From a virus (lineage: Duplodnaviria > Caudoviricetes), in IMG/VR virus record IMGVR_UViG_3300030519_000020, positions 1 to 57,262 of that record: a stretch of DNA of 57,262 bases. The stretch is one strand, 5' to 3'. A program made the position numbers and the translations under genes. Of this stretch, positions 19,158-29,700 are shown piece after piece (within the stretch, counting starts at the first letter, position 1; each line of letters opens with the position of its first letter). The notes under the pieces were generated by a model that worked only from the letters and a program-made list of their open reading frames with translations, did not search any database and was not told the origin of the DNA.

Positions 19158-19528
19158 GCAGCCAGCGCGATATTTTCGAGGCCAGGATCAAGTCGCTGAT
19201 GCCAGAGGTGGCTGAAGCGAATGAGCCAATGTCTGAGAAGTCCGATCTCTTGGCCAGAGACTTCCTGGATAAGTTCGGGATCACCCACGAGCAGGCATCG
19301 AGTCTGTTCCGGGACGGCAGCACCTTCCGGACGATGATCGAGCACATGTACCAGGACACGGTGGACCTCCTGCGGGACTGTGACATCACCACGGAAGGCC
19401 ATGCGATTCAGGCCCAGGCCCAATTGCTCAACCTATTCCTGTATATCCCAATCGAGATCGAAGAAATCAACGCTGCCCCAACACTGGGTCGTCAGCATTC
19501 CGCTGATCCCCAGGGGCCAGGAGCATGA
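19154..19528 (+). CDS. hypothetical head-module protein
   Basis: ATGA-coupled to portal. Confidence 0.7.
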   Translation: MSSQRDIFEARIKSLMPEVAEANEPMSEKSDLLARDFLDKFGITHEQASSLFRDGSTFRTMIEHMYQDTVDLLRDCDITTEGHAIQAQAQLLNLFLYIPIEIEEINAAPTLGRQHSADPQGPGA

Positions 19529-19529
19529 C

Positions 19530-20780
19530 ATGGCCGCACCGCAAGTGATCAACCCCCACAAGAAGGACTACAAAGCCCCCAAGCTTTCCCTGAATGACCA
19601 GGCAGCTCTGGACAAGCTCCATGAGACGCTGGGTATTCAGGTTGACCCGAATACCGGTGAACTGAGTTCCAGTTCCGGGTTCCAGGTCAGTGTGGACGCC
19701 GATGGCAAAGCCACGGTGTTCAAGGACGAAGCAGTTCAAGGAAGCAGTTTTGAAGGTGACACGGATCCCCTGGGCGGAGAAGAAACCGGCTTTGGCTCTA
19801 CTCTCCTTCAGACTGAGCATGAAGTGGTCGTCAACCCCTATGAGCGCGACAAGGTTGAGACTGGCGACGAGGCCCTTCCCCCGGAGGAATCCGAGGCAGA
19901 GCCCGAGCCGGAACCTGAACCCCAGCCCAAGCCCAAGGGACTCGACAAGCGGGAATCCGACGCCCGCAAAGCACAGTCGGAGATGATGAAGACGAAGACC
20001 AGCCTGGATAGGACTAAGCTGGAGGTGGAATCCAAGATCGCGGAGTTCCAGGATCTCATTCAGCAGGCAGAAGTGCTCAAGGCAACGGGGTCGGCTTTCG
20101 CCCCCCCGGACCTGAACCCTGCCGATGAAGCGACGATCCAAACTTACCGCGAGGACTTCCCCGAAGCCGTTTCCGTCATGGAAGCCCTGGTCGCCCCGGT
20201 TTACGCCGCGCTTGGCCAGATCAGGGAACAAACCAACGCAACCGCGCAGCGTGTGGGCGAGCATTTCGCCAAACAGCGTAGCGAAGCGGTGCAGGCCGAG
20301 ATTTACAAAGTGGTTCCGGCCGCCAAGCTTGAGCAGATCAAATCCAGCCCTGAGTTCCTGGACTGGATCACCGCTCTGCCCAAGAAGAAGCAGAACTACA
20401 TTTTCGCTGCCATGGACGGTCCTGCCAGCACTCTTGATCCGAACGATGTGATCGAAGTGCTGAACGATTTTTCCAGGGCCACCGGGACCAGCATCGGGCT
20501 CAACGCCCAGGCTGCGCCGGCCCCGAAGCGAGAACAGCGTCCTGCCATGGACACGGTGCCGAATCTGCGCACCGGTTCCGCTCTCCCGGATGTCCCTCGG
20601 GCACCCCGGAGCAACCAACCGACTCCGTTCACTCCGGAAGAAATGGCCCAGCCAGGGTTCCTCAAAGAGGGGCTTTCTGAAGGGTCGCTGGAGCAGCGGA
20701 ATCTCTTCCGCCAACGACTTGAACTGACCCAAAGTCTCAACTTCAACGGGCGCACCGCGTCCGCGTTGATGCGGGCCTAG
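19530..20780 (+). CDS. scaffolding protein
   Basis: Acidic, coiled-coil, SPEFLDWI motif; directly before the capsid gene. Confidence 0.7.
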   Translation: MAAPQVINPHKKDYKAPKLSLNDQAALDKLHETLGIQVDPNTGELSSSSGFQVSVDADGKATVFKDEAVQGSSFEGDTDPLGGEETGFGSTLLQTEHEVVVNPYERDKVETGDEALPPEESEAEPEPEPEPQPKPKGLDKRESDARKAQSEMMKTKTSLDRTKLEVESKIAEFQDLIQQAEVLKATGSAFAPPDLNPADEATIQTYREDFPEAVSVMEALVAPVYAALGQIREQTNATAQRVGEHFAKQRSEAVQAEIYKVVPAAKLEQIKSSPEFLDWITALPKKKQNYIFAAMDGPASTLDPNDVIEVLNDFSRATGTSIGLNAQAAPAPKREQRPAMDTVPNLRTGSALPDVPRAPRSNQPTPFTPEEMAQPGFLKEGLSEGSLEQRNLFRQRLELTQSLNFNGRTASALMRA

Positions 20781-20804
20781 TTCCTTTGAACAAAGGAATT
20801 CATC

Positions 20805-21770
20805 ATGGCTATTACCCGTGTTGTCCCTACCCAGAACACCGGCATTCCTGCCGCCTCCCAGGCGCTCCTCATTGAGGAGATCGTCGAAGGTCTGACCATG
20901 GACGTGATGCGCCGGGAATCGTATCTCGGCAAGATCGCCAACACTGAAGCTCTGAAGAAGCTCGAACAGTTCGGTGATCAGATCACCTTCCGCGTGCTGA
21001 ACCCTCCTCCGATCCAGCCGTACTACGCCAATATGGACCTGGTTCCGACCGTCACCACCGGGACCAACTTCACGGTCCAGGTCAACAACGCCTTCTACGC
21101 CTACCCCACCCTGGACATCGTGGACATCAAGGAAATCAACCTCCCGCTGATGTCCCAGATCGCCCGGATGATGGCCGACGCGATGGCCGAGAACGAATAC
21201 CTGGTGGTTGTGGCTGGCCTCATCACCACGGTCTACGGCGCCCCCACGATGGTCTATGAGGGCCAGGTCCCGGGCACCGTTGCCTACAACCCGGCTGTGC
21301 CGACCTACGTGTCCAGCACTGATCGGACCGACCCGGACTACATCATCAATCAGTTCCTCGCCGCCCGGAAGGCTTACAACCAGATGGGTATCCCCCGCAA
21401 GGGCCGGTATGCGATGGTCAACTCGGACGTGGAGCAGATCCTGCTCCAGAGCGACCAGTTCACCTACCAGATCAACGGCGAGCGCAACGCCAAGATGATC
21501 GAGGACGGCGACTTCTCCATGCGCGTGGCCGGGTTCGACATTATCGTCACCGATGCCATCCCCACCGCGACCTACGGTGGCGTCTCCAATATCTGCCAGG
21601 GCGTCCTTGGCCATGTGAATGGTCTCGGCTTCGTCCGCCAGATCATGGAAACGGACATCAACTTCAAGATGCAGACCAAGGCCGGGCGTGCTTGCCGGAC
21701 CTTCGATGTGTTCGGCTACGGGCTGTCCGATAGCCGTTACATGGGCGCCTTCCCCCTGAAGGTTGCCTAG
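20805..21770 (+). CDS. major capsid protein
   Basis: 321 aa; GDQITFR, MGIPRKGRYAMV, VAGFDIIVTDAIP, VFGYG; strong codon bias. Confidence 0.85.
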   Translation: MAITRVVPTQNTGIPAASQALLIEEIVEGLTMDVMRRESYLGKIANTEALKKLEQFGDQITFRVLNPPPIQPYYANMDLVPTVTTGTNFTVQVNNAFYAYPTLDIVDIKEINLPLMSQIARMMADAMAENEYLVVVAGLITTVYGAPTMVYEGQVPGTVAYNPAVPTYVSSTDRTDPDYIINQFLAARKAYNQMGIPRKGRYAMVNSDVEQILLQSDQFTYQINGERNAKMIEDGDFSMRVAGFDIIVTDAIPTATYGGVSNICQGVLGHVNGLGFVRQIMETDINFKMQTKAGRACRTFDVFGYGLSDSRYMGAFPLKVA

Positions 21771-21837
21771 CCTTTCCTGCGGTCGCCAGGGGGGGGGATA
21801 GCCTTCCCCCCGGTCCCGCCCTTTCAAGAGGTTTCAC

Positions 21838-22260
21838 ATGGCACTCAAAGACGGAATGGAAGACCACCGGGAAGAAGCGCGGAAGGCAGTCGCCATCCGA
21901 TACGATCCCTTCCCCTCTGGCCGGCGCGCCCCGGACATGATCCGGTCGAGCGGCGTGTCCGAGGAACAGTGGGTGTGGATGGTCCACCGGGCGATCACGG
22001 CCCCTGACATCCATTGCCGGCTGATCATGGCCGACAGTGAGGAAGGCAAGGCGATCATCAACGGGACCGACCTTTCCAACATCACCAACGAATTCCTGCT
22101 CGGTCTGGATCCCCCGGACGACGATACCAAACTCCGGGACATGGCCAAGCGGTTCAAGCTGGACGTGAAGCCCGGCACCAAGAAGAAGGTGACTGTTCTC
22201 CGGATCCTCACCGAGATTGAGAAGGGGGCCAAACCCTCCGAACCTGTCGCGGCCATTTAG
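21838..22260 (+). CDS. hypothetical protein
   Basis: GAGG RBS; follows capsid. Confidence 0.7.
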   Translation: MALKDGMEDHREEARKAVAIRYDPFPSGRRAPDMIRSSGVSEEQWVWMVHRAITAPDIHCRLIMADSEEGKAIINGTDLSNITNEFLLGLDPPDDDTKLRDMAKRFKLDVKPGTKKKVTVLRILTEIEKGAKPSEPVAAI

Positions 22261-22272
22261 CGGGGCAACACC

Positions 22273-22935
22273 ATGACCCAGTATGCCTACATCCGTGACC
22301 GGATCGAGCCGTTCCGCGACGACCTCAAACCTCGTGTGGCGCAACTCTCGTATCAGGTCGCGTGTAGGCAGGTGGCTCTGGAAACCCTCGCTCTACGAGA
22401 ATTTGTCGAGTTCACGATTCCGGCGGGGACTATCTCCCAACCGATCTACGACCCTACTTACGAGAGAGAGGCAATCTACATCTTTAGGGCGAAAATCAGC
22501 GGCCATCGGCATGACCTCCCGCTCTACAACCAAGACGCGCTGGAGGATCTTTACCACAATATAACCCCTTTCGAGGGGACGATTGCAGCCTATACCACTG
22601 ACCAGGGCCAGTTCTGGCCCAATCGCCCACCCGCATCAGACACCCAGGTCATCGCAGACGTTGCCTATAAACCAATCGGCGACTTCGATGAAGTCGGATT
22701 CGGGCCTGAATTCGAGGATGCCATTGTTCACGGTGCCCTCGCCCATTACCTCGCCCTGCCGGGCTCCGGACAAGACAAGTCCGAGGCCCGGCGGCTTGAG
22801 ACACAGTTCATTACCGAGTGCAGTTCGCTCCGTGGTGCTAATCTGGTTGGAGACGCAGGCTACAAACGCGCCTCTACTGCCCCAAGGCGGCACTATTTCG
22901 GTCAGGGTTTCCACTCCAACATGCTGAGGTATTAG
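22273..22935 (+). CDS. head-tail adaptor-like protein
   Basis: FEDAIVHGALAHYLALPG..A..LE..F adaptor-type C-terminus; position. Confidence 0.65.
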   Translation: MTQYAYIRDRIEPFRDDLKPRVAQLSYQVACRQVALETLALREFVEFTIPAGTISQPIYDPTYEREAIYIFRAKISGHRHDLPLYNQDALEDLYHNITPFEGTIAAYTTDQGQFWPNRPPASDTQVIADVAYKPIGDFDEVGFGPEFEDAIVHGALAHYLALPGSGQDKSEARRLETQFITECSSLRGANLVGDAGYKRASTAPRRHYFGQGFHSNMLRY

Positions 22936-24219
22936 ATGGCAAAGGGCCGGTCCATCCTGGTGGTTTCCCACTTTGGCGGGGTCGGAGAATTGTGCAAACG
23001 GTTCCTTGGCGAAGGGAACCGAGTCCGCTATTACATCAAGGACAAGCCCAGCCAGGACATCAACGATGGCCTGATCCAGAAGGTGAAGCACTGGGAACCC
23101 TATGTGGCGGAATCGGACCTGATAGTTTTCGACGACACGAATTTCGGCAAGGTGGCCGATGAACTGCGGTCCCAAGGCAAGGCGGTCGTCGGGCCCTGCC
23201 CCTACTCCGACAAACTGGAGATGGACCGTGGTTTCGGTTCCGAAGAGATGAAGAAGGCGGGGATGACGGTCATTCCGGACTGGAACTTCACCTCGTTCGA
23301 TGAGGCCATTGCCTTCGTGAAGCAGAACCCGGGGCGCTACGTGGCGAAGCCAAGCGGCAAGGCCCAGGATGAGAAGGCCCTGACCTATGTGGGCAAAGCC
23401 GATGATGGGTCTGATGTGCTTGCCATCCTGGAGAACTACAAAAAGAAGTGGGGCAAAAAGATCCACGAGATTCAGCTTCAGCAGTTCGTGAAGGGCGTGG
23501 AAATCGCGGTGACTGGATTCTTCAACGGAGAGAAGTTCATCCAGCCCATTTGGCTCAATTCTGAGTACAAGAAGTTCCTAAACGGTGATCTTGGCCCAAA
23601 TTGTGGAGAAAGCGGAACAACTTCATCGTGGGTTCGAGGTGGTCGTCTCTATGAGGAAACCCTGGCCAAGATGGAAGATCCTCTCCGGGCGGCGGGCTAT
23701 CATGGCCCGTTTGATGTCAACCTGATCGTTACTAAGGAGGCGGCCTATCCTTTGGAATTTACTCCGAGGCCCGGTTTTCCATCTATTTGGATTCAGATGG
23801 AAAGCATCAAGTCCAACCTGGGTGATTTCTTCGATGCGCTCGGGAACGGGAACAAGTTCAACCTCCAGGTGGAATCCGGTTTTCAGATGTGCGTGGTCTG
23901 CACCGTGGCCCCATATCCGTTTGAGGACCCCGAAGGGTTTAAGAAGTATGCCGAAGGGCGGAAACTGGAATTCAAAGATCCGACCCTCAGTGGCATCTAC
24001 CTCTCGGATGTGAAGCTGGTCGGTAACGAATGGGTCCTGGCCGGGAACAGTGGGTATGCTGTGATCTGCGTCGGGCTTGGGCAGACTATGGAGGAAGCCA
24101 AGGAGAACGTCTACGAACGGGTCAAGTCCGTGAGTATCCCGGACATGGCCTATCGGACTGACATCGGACATCATTGGAACAACGACCGCGACAAACTCCA
24201 GGCGTGGGGCTGGCTGTGA
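22936..24219 (+). CDS. PurD (phosphoribosylamine-glycine ligase)-like ATP-grasp enzyme
   Basis: LEMDR..G, YVAKPSG, LQQFVKGVEIAV, EYKKFLNGDLGPNCGESG, PLEFTPRPGFP, YRTDIG; lacks the GSGGREHA motif of true PurD. Confidence 0.85.
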   Translation: MAKGRSILVVSHFGGVGELCKRFLGEGNRVRYYIKDKPSQDINDGLIQKVKHWEPYVAESDLIVFDDTNFGKVADELRSQGKAVVGPCPYSDKLEMDRGFGSEEMKKAGMTVIPDWNFTSFDEAIAFVKQNPGRYVAKPSGKAQDEKALTYVGKADDGSDVLAILENYKKKWGKKIHEIQLQQFVKGVEIAVTGFFNGEKFIQPIWLNSEYKKFLNGDLGPNCGESGTTSSWVRGGRLYEETLAKMEDPLRAAGYHGPFDVNLIVTKEAAYPLEFTPRPGFPSIWIQMESIKSNLGDFFDALGNGNKFNLQVESGFQMCVVCTVAPYPFEDPEGFKKYAEGRKLEFKDPTLSGIYLSDVKLVGNEWVLAGNSGYAVICVGLGQTMEEAKENVYERVKSVSIPDMAYRTDIGHHWNNDRDKLQAWGWL

Positions 24220-24752
24220 ACCTCTCTGACCTGACCGCCGAAGTGCGGGACCTGATTGGCTACGGGGCCTACGACCGACTGTTCTCTCAGGACATGACGA
24301 CCGACGCCATCAACTTCGCCTGTGGGCAGGTAGCGGAGCTGCTGGGCGTGACCCGGGTCGATGCGATGCTGGTTGTGACCAGCAACAAGGCCACACTGCC
24401 TACCAGCACCAACCGGGTGATCGGGGTCCAGATCGGAACCGTTTCTACCTTGCCGGCCGGATCGTTCACTGCTGTCTGGGATGTTCCGGCTGAGGAAGGG
24501 TTCCTGAACCTACCTCTGCTGTGGGAGGTTGACGTGCTGCCCCTTGGCGGGCCTACCCCAGTGACCTACGCATGGACGATGACGCCATCCGGGAGTGGAT
24601 CGGTATCGTTCTCGCCTTCAAACGGGGAAGTTGTATCGGTGTCTGCTGCTAGCCTGAGTGCTGGGGAATATCTGAATGTGACGTGCGTAGTTACGGTCCC
24701 TGGGCAATCCACGCAAACCCTATCGCAAGTCGTCCAATACGTGGAGGCATAG
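24216..24752 (+). CDS. adaptor N-terminal half fused to an Ig/PKD-like domain
   Basis: MNLSDLTAEVRDLIG..DAINFAC..LPTSTNRVIGVQIG, then TYAWT..TCVVT beta-sandwich. Confidence 0.6.
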   Translation: MNLSDLTAEVRDLIGYGAYDRLFSQDMTTDAINFACGQVAELLGVTRVDAMLVVTSNKATLPTSTNRVIGVQIGTVSTLPAGSFTAVWDVPAEEGFLNLPLLWEVDVLPLGGPTPVTYAWTMTPSGSGSVSFSPSNGEVVSVSAASLSAGEYLNVTCVVTVPGQSTQTLSQVVQYVEA

Positions 24753-25130
24753 ATGGGCAAGGTGCTTTGGGAAAGCGAGATCATGACCGAGGACCAGAAG
24801 AACCCAAACTGGCGGGCAAGAACCGGTGAGCCTACCGTTTGGATCCAGTCGGATGGGCAGACGATTCTGCTGAACGGTCAGCCTTCCACGGGGTATGTCT
24901 TGGTGGGTTATATCCAGGAACCCACTGCCATGGTGAATCCGACCGATGCCCCTGACCCTCGGATCAAAACCTACCTACATCAGTATCTCAAGTTCGCAGC
25001 GGCGTCCTGGCTCCTGAAACAGTCCGGGCAGGGCCAGAACCTCAAGAAGTCCAGCGAGTATTACGCTGCTTTCGTGGCCGGTATCGGCATGGGGCCGATG
25101 GGGCAAGCCAGCAAGACAGTCAAGGGGTAG
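24753..25130 (+). CDS. adaptor C-terminal half
   Basis: NPNWRARTGEP..GYIQEP..HQYLKFAAASWLLKQ..YYAAF; own GGAGG RBS. Confidence 0.6.
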   Translation: MGKVLWESEIMTEDQKNPNWRARTGEPTVWIQSDGQTILLNGQPSTGYVLVGYIQEPTAMVNPTDAPDPRIKTYLHQYLKFAAASWLLKQSGQGQNLKKSSEYYAAFVAGIGMGPMGQASKTVKG

Positions 25131-25132
25131 AG

Positions 25133-26026
25133 ATGAATCTGGCGCAGATCCGACAGAAGACGCTCGAACTGCTCGGAGACGCGGCCGAGGGGTCTTCTAC
25201 GTTTGCGCCGAGTGGCGACTACACCAAACTGGATGCCGCGATCCAGTGGGCCCAGGAGCAGGCGGCTTCCACTCTGGGGTCTACTTTCTATTTCGAGTCA
25301 GCACTTCCCGTGGTCGCCCAGGCCCCACCAACGGGGATGCCGACGACCCCGGGAGCGTTCGGGGGGGTGGCAATACCTTCTGATTGCATTGAGTTGGTCA
25401 GGGTCGCGGTAGGAAAGACTACAATTACAGCGAGCCTTATCATGCCCATGCTTTTTGTCGATGGGATTGGAGGCATAGTTGTTCTCCTCAGCCCTTACAA
25501 CGCTTCCGACACTGGGGTATGGTCAAGCCCTGATTCAACGGCTACTTTCCTATCAACCAGCGGGACATGGGCGCTTGTTGACTCACCGAACGCTGGTGGG
25601 ACCAACGCAACAGTTAGGCTTACCGTCACATCTGGGACTTATATTGGGAATATTTATACGGCATCCGCTCCGTGCTGGAATGTCGAGAATGATTTCTCCA
25701 TGGAGTTTTCTGACACCAATCCCACTCCTGGGGAAACGGGGATCACTGTCACCGGCGAGAATTGTGGTTACCCAGGCGGGACTCTCAATGGAACGGAACC
25801 TGAATTCATGACATGGAGTGTATCTTCTAATTGCACAATAACGGATGGGCAAAATACAGATGTTTTGACTATTTCCGTCAATGAGGATGTCCTTCCAGGA
25901 GACACAATAAGTGTGGATCTGCTTTACAAAATATTCGTGCCTGACCCTGAGAACCCAGGAGGGAACTGGACTGTTTACATTGCGTCTACTTGGTCAGCCC
26001 CTACCGGGTCCATTTTTGTAACTTAG
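25133..26026 (+). CDS. second adaptor-like N-terminal half fused to beta-rich domains
   Basis: MNLAQIRQKTLELLGD..LDAAIQWAQ..IPSDCIELVRVAVG; lower-GC C-terminal part. Confidence 0.6.
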   Translation: MNLAQIRQKTLELLGDAAEGSSTFAPSGDYTKLDAAIQWAQEQAASTLGSTFYFESALPVVAQAPPTGMPTTPGAFGGVAIPSDCIELVRVAVGKTTITASLIMPMLFVDGIGGIVVLLSPYNASDTGVWSSPDSTATFLSTSGTWALVDSPNAGGTNATVRLTVTSGTYIGNIYTASAPCWNVENDFSMEFSDTNPTPGETGITVTGENCGYPGGTLNGTEPEFMTWSVSSNCTITDGQNTDVLTISVNEDVLPGDTISVDLLYKIFVPDPENPGGNWTVYIASTWSAPTGSIFVT

Positions 26027-26035
26027 GAGATAGCT

Positions 26036-26719
26036 ATGTCACTTAATGGCAATACATGGGTGCAGGACGTGGAGCCTACGACTGGTGTCCTTGCTTGCCA
26101 GCAATGGATTCAGCCAACCAGCGGAGCGATATCTTATCGGGATACGACCAACACTGTATGGACCCCATTTGGGAACGTGAACAACAATTTCGGCGGTGCT
26201 GTCATGGCGTCTGGGGATACCATGACCGGTCCTCTCTTGGATGCACCAAACCTGCCTCCGCTGGACAGCCCGAACTTCCTGGGGACGATTGACCAGGACG
26301 GGTTCCCGGTGGCGCTTCAAATCAATCTGTCTAATCTGCAAAAGCAACTTTATGACCAGATCAGCACCCAGGTCCGCCAGCAGTTCTTGAGCCAATTTCA
26401 GCAAAGCACCACAGCATCCGATATTGCCTTCCTGTGCAGCACCTTCCAGACCCTATTCTCATCCATCACTTCCGACACTGGGATTTCGTTCTTCACTATC
26501 CCGTATGCGACCTTCAAGTCTGACGGAGCCGTGGCCACACCAGACCAGGAATTGGGCTATGGTTGGGCTGTGGAATCCTGGTCCGGGGTGGGGACTTCAA
26601 CTGGCTGGACTAATATCGTGGAATCGGCTGCCGGGTCCAGATCGCTTATTTGGAACCAGAGCGACTGGGGTTACCAGGGGATTCTGGTTATCCGTTACTG
26701 GTCTCTCGCTGTGAGGTAG
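26036..26719 (+). CDS. putative tail/virion protein
   Basis: AGGAG RBS; Thr/Ser/Trp-rich; SGDTMTGPL fibre-like motif. Confidence 0.65.
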   Translation: MSLNGNTWVQDVEPTTGVLACQQWIQPTSGAISYRDTTNTVWTPFGNVNNNFGGAVMASGDTMTGPLLDAPNLPPLDSPNFLGTIDQDGFPVALQINLSNLQKQLYDQISTQVRQQFLSQFQQSTTASDIAFLCSTFQTLFSSITSDTGISFFTIPYATFKSDGAVATPDQELGYGWAVESWSGVGTSTGWTNIVESAAGSRSLIWNQSDWGYQGILVIRYWSLAVR

Positions 26720-26722
26720 GAT

Positions 26723-29700
26723 ATGCCGAAATCATTCAAGGTCAGTGTTGCGGGCGGCATCAGTGCAGTCGTGGACACTGCCTTCTCTGATGGTAAGCAT
26801 GTGGCGTACATGGAAAACCTGGATGTTCGCGGAGGTAAGGCGACACCCTACCAAATGCCTTTGGTGAACCCGAACATCTCAGTTCCGGATAATTCCGTCC
26901 AGGTGTTTTCCTATCGGCAACGTCTTCTTTTCAGCGATGCTCGCCGGTCCTATGCCGCCGAATATGAGGACAATCGGGAACGGATCTACTGGACGGAATA
27001 CGGTGGGAACCCCAAGAAAATGATCGATGGGACCATCGTCCCGCTTGGGACTGTTCGCCCCGATGTTCCCCCGGGGCTGAATACCGGGACGGCTGTCTCC
27101 CCGTCCAATATCCTGGCCACTGTGACAACTGGAGGTTCTCTGGCGAAGGGGACTGAAGTGACATTTCGGTTGGCCTATCAGACAGCTTTCGGCGTCCTCC
27201 CCCCTAGCGGAACCGTCCAACCCACGATCTCAACTGATGGTTCCTTGGTCACACTGACCTGGAATAACCCGATCATGGATACGCCAGCCACGCAGATACT
27301 CTTATTTATGGGCGTCGTCGGTGGGGATGAAAAGCTCCTGGCCAACCTTATGCCCAAGGTAACGTCCTATTCCTACCCTGATCCCCTGACTGCGAGCGGG
27401 GAACTGGCGTCAGACTATGACCAGTCGGTGAGTTATGAATACTGCACTACCTATACCCGGAATGTGAATGGTGTTGTGGATGAAAGCGGGCCGTCTTCTC
27501 CGTCTCCGTCCGTGCTGGCTAAGTCGTCTCGCCAGGTCACAGTTTCCCCTTGGGCGGAAGGAATCTTGGCTTCCGAAAATACGATCACTTGGACGATACC
27601 ATTCCATCTACAGACAATCACCAGCCTGCTTGGATATTCTTCCGATGGTGGATCCACAAATAAGATCGGCGTCAATTCCATCGCCCTAGAGACTGGAACC
27701 AATCGGGTTCTCGTAACCTTCGCTGCCAACCACAATTTCTACAATGGACAACACCTTTTCTTCACGGGGCTGACGCCGAACCCGTTCTCAGATACAGTGA
27801 CGACCTTGGCCGGGAGTTTCGTCACTGGTACGGTTTACACCATTTCTAGCGTTGGGACGACTGATTTCACAGCCATTGGCGCGACTAGCAATACAGTCGG
27901 GGTAGTGTTCACGGCTACGGGGACCGGATACGGGACCGGACAGGCCACCTACACGGAGAATATCCCGGCTGAGATCCAGGTTCTCTCTCCTACCGTAGAA
28001 GACACCTCTAGTGCCCCGATGTTGAACACATGCTACCTGCTCATGGGGACTGATTTCGTTTGCCCCGGATCGGGCCTGTCCGGGGTATATGCCTATGCGG
28101 TCCCCCAGGTTGGGATTGCCTCGTTCAACTACAATGCGCAGGCTGGGACGTTGGCCATGCAAACGGCAGTCCCGCATTCATTCAATGCTGAGAAGGTGTT
28201 GTTCACCGGGTTTACTGACTCAAGTTGGAATAGCCAGTTGATCAATGTGATGTGCGACCCGAACAACGTTAACCAGCTTTTCGTTGATGGCCGTTCGATC
28301 CCATCTGACCTGAACTTTAGCCTTGAGGCCGCCTCGTTGGTTTCTGGGACGACCTACCAGATTGTGACTACCGGGACCACCGATTTCACGGCCATTGGCG
28401 CGGCCAATAGCAATTTGGGAACTTTCTTTGTGGCCACTGGGGCCGGAACTGGTTCTGGACTTGCCACGGCCCATTTCGCGAACCTTGCCATCACGGCAGT
28501 CGTGCTTGATGTGGGTGGAGTATCGACGACTGGGACGACCCTGGCTAGCGATATCGTTGCCCGGACATCCTACATGATTGCATCGGTTGGGAATACCGAT
28601 TTCACGGCCATCGGGGCTCCTAACAATGCGGTAGGAGTCACATTCTTCGCTACAGCGGCGGGGGCTGGGACTGGAACGGTAACCCCCTGTCCGATTATTG
28701 GCGATGTGCTTTACTTCGATATGGTCATCAACAGCATCACGACTCAAGATGCCCACGCTGTCCTTGCCTCACCACAAAATTCATTCCTCTTGAATGCGTA
28801 TATGGCTGGTGTGACCAGTAGTCCGGGGACGGCCTACCAACCTGGGGTAGATGGAGTTTCCTCCACCGCCTTGCAGTTTGTTCCATTCAACGACTACTTG
28901 GTCTATCGCAACATCTACCGTGCTGGTGGCACCACCAGTTTCCAGTTGTGTAAGCAACTGGAGATGGACGATCTCACCTTCCTTGACGCGGTGCCAGACC
29001 AGGGGCTTGGTGTCGTTCTGCCTACCCTATTTACCTACAACGGGGTCGATGTTGTCTATGAGCCAGCCTCATTTGGCCTTTCTGGACTAACCCAGCACAA
29101 TGGGATGGGATTTGCCTTCGACCCCGGGAGTAACCGGGTCGTCTGGACCCCCCTGAACAACATGGACGCCTGGGTTCCTGAGTTCTATAAGGATTTCGAC
29201 TATCGGGTCCTGGCATTGGCGTCCTACAACCAGGCTCTTTGCGTGTTCTGCGAGTCAGGGATCTACCGGGCAGATGGATCTGACCCTACAAACCTGGTTT
29301 GGTCTCCGACCAAGGCCGCACCGTGCCGTGCAGGCGGAAGCGTACAGATGTTGAACAACCGGATCCTGTATTTGTCGGACCAGGGGATCATGAGATTCAA
29401 TGGGCAGGAATCTGAGTGCCTTACTGACCTCCAGATCCCCGGGGACTTCTGGTTGGCCAACTCCCGCTACCTTGGATCTACTGACCCTGGCCAATATCTG
29501 GTCCCCCCGCTCCAAAATGCCGCCTATGAGCGGCTGAGGGGGGCGGATCTTCCTGGGGTAACCCCTCGCGATCTCATGCCCTACACCGTTGCGCGGTTTA
29601 TCCAGCAAGACGGGCTCCGATCCTTCATCAAATACGGGAAATACTACCTGTATTGGGGCGGTGACTACCCTGAATTCGCAGCTCAGACAATGCTTTGCAT

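Noticed and set aside
19467-21827. 786-aa minus-strand ORF (also 33559-34701, 17376-18479, 37385-38395)
   Set aside because: Antisense shadows of strongly codon-biased structural genes; no RBS or recognisable motifs.
22936-24219. Z-genome or purine-biosynthesis module (PurD-like plus MazG-like)
   Set aside because: PurZ is a PurA homolog, not an ATP-grasp enzyme. There are no other nucleotide-synthesis genes or phage polymerase, and the context is structural.
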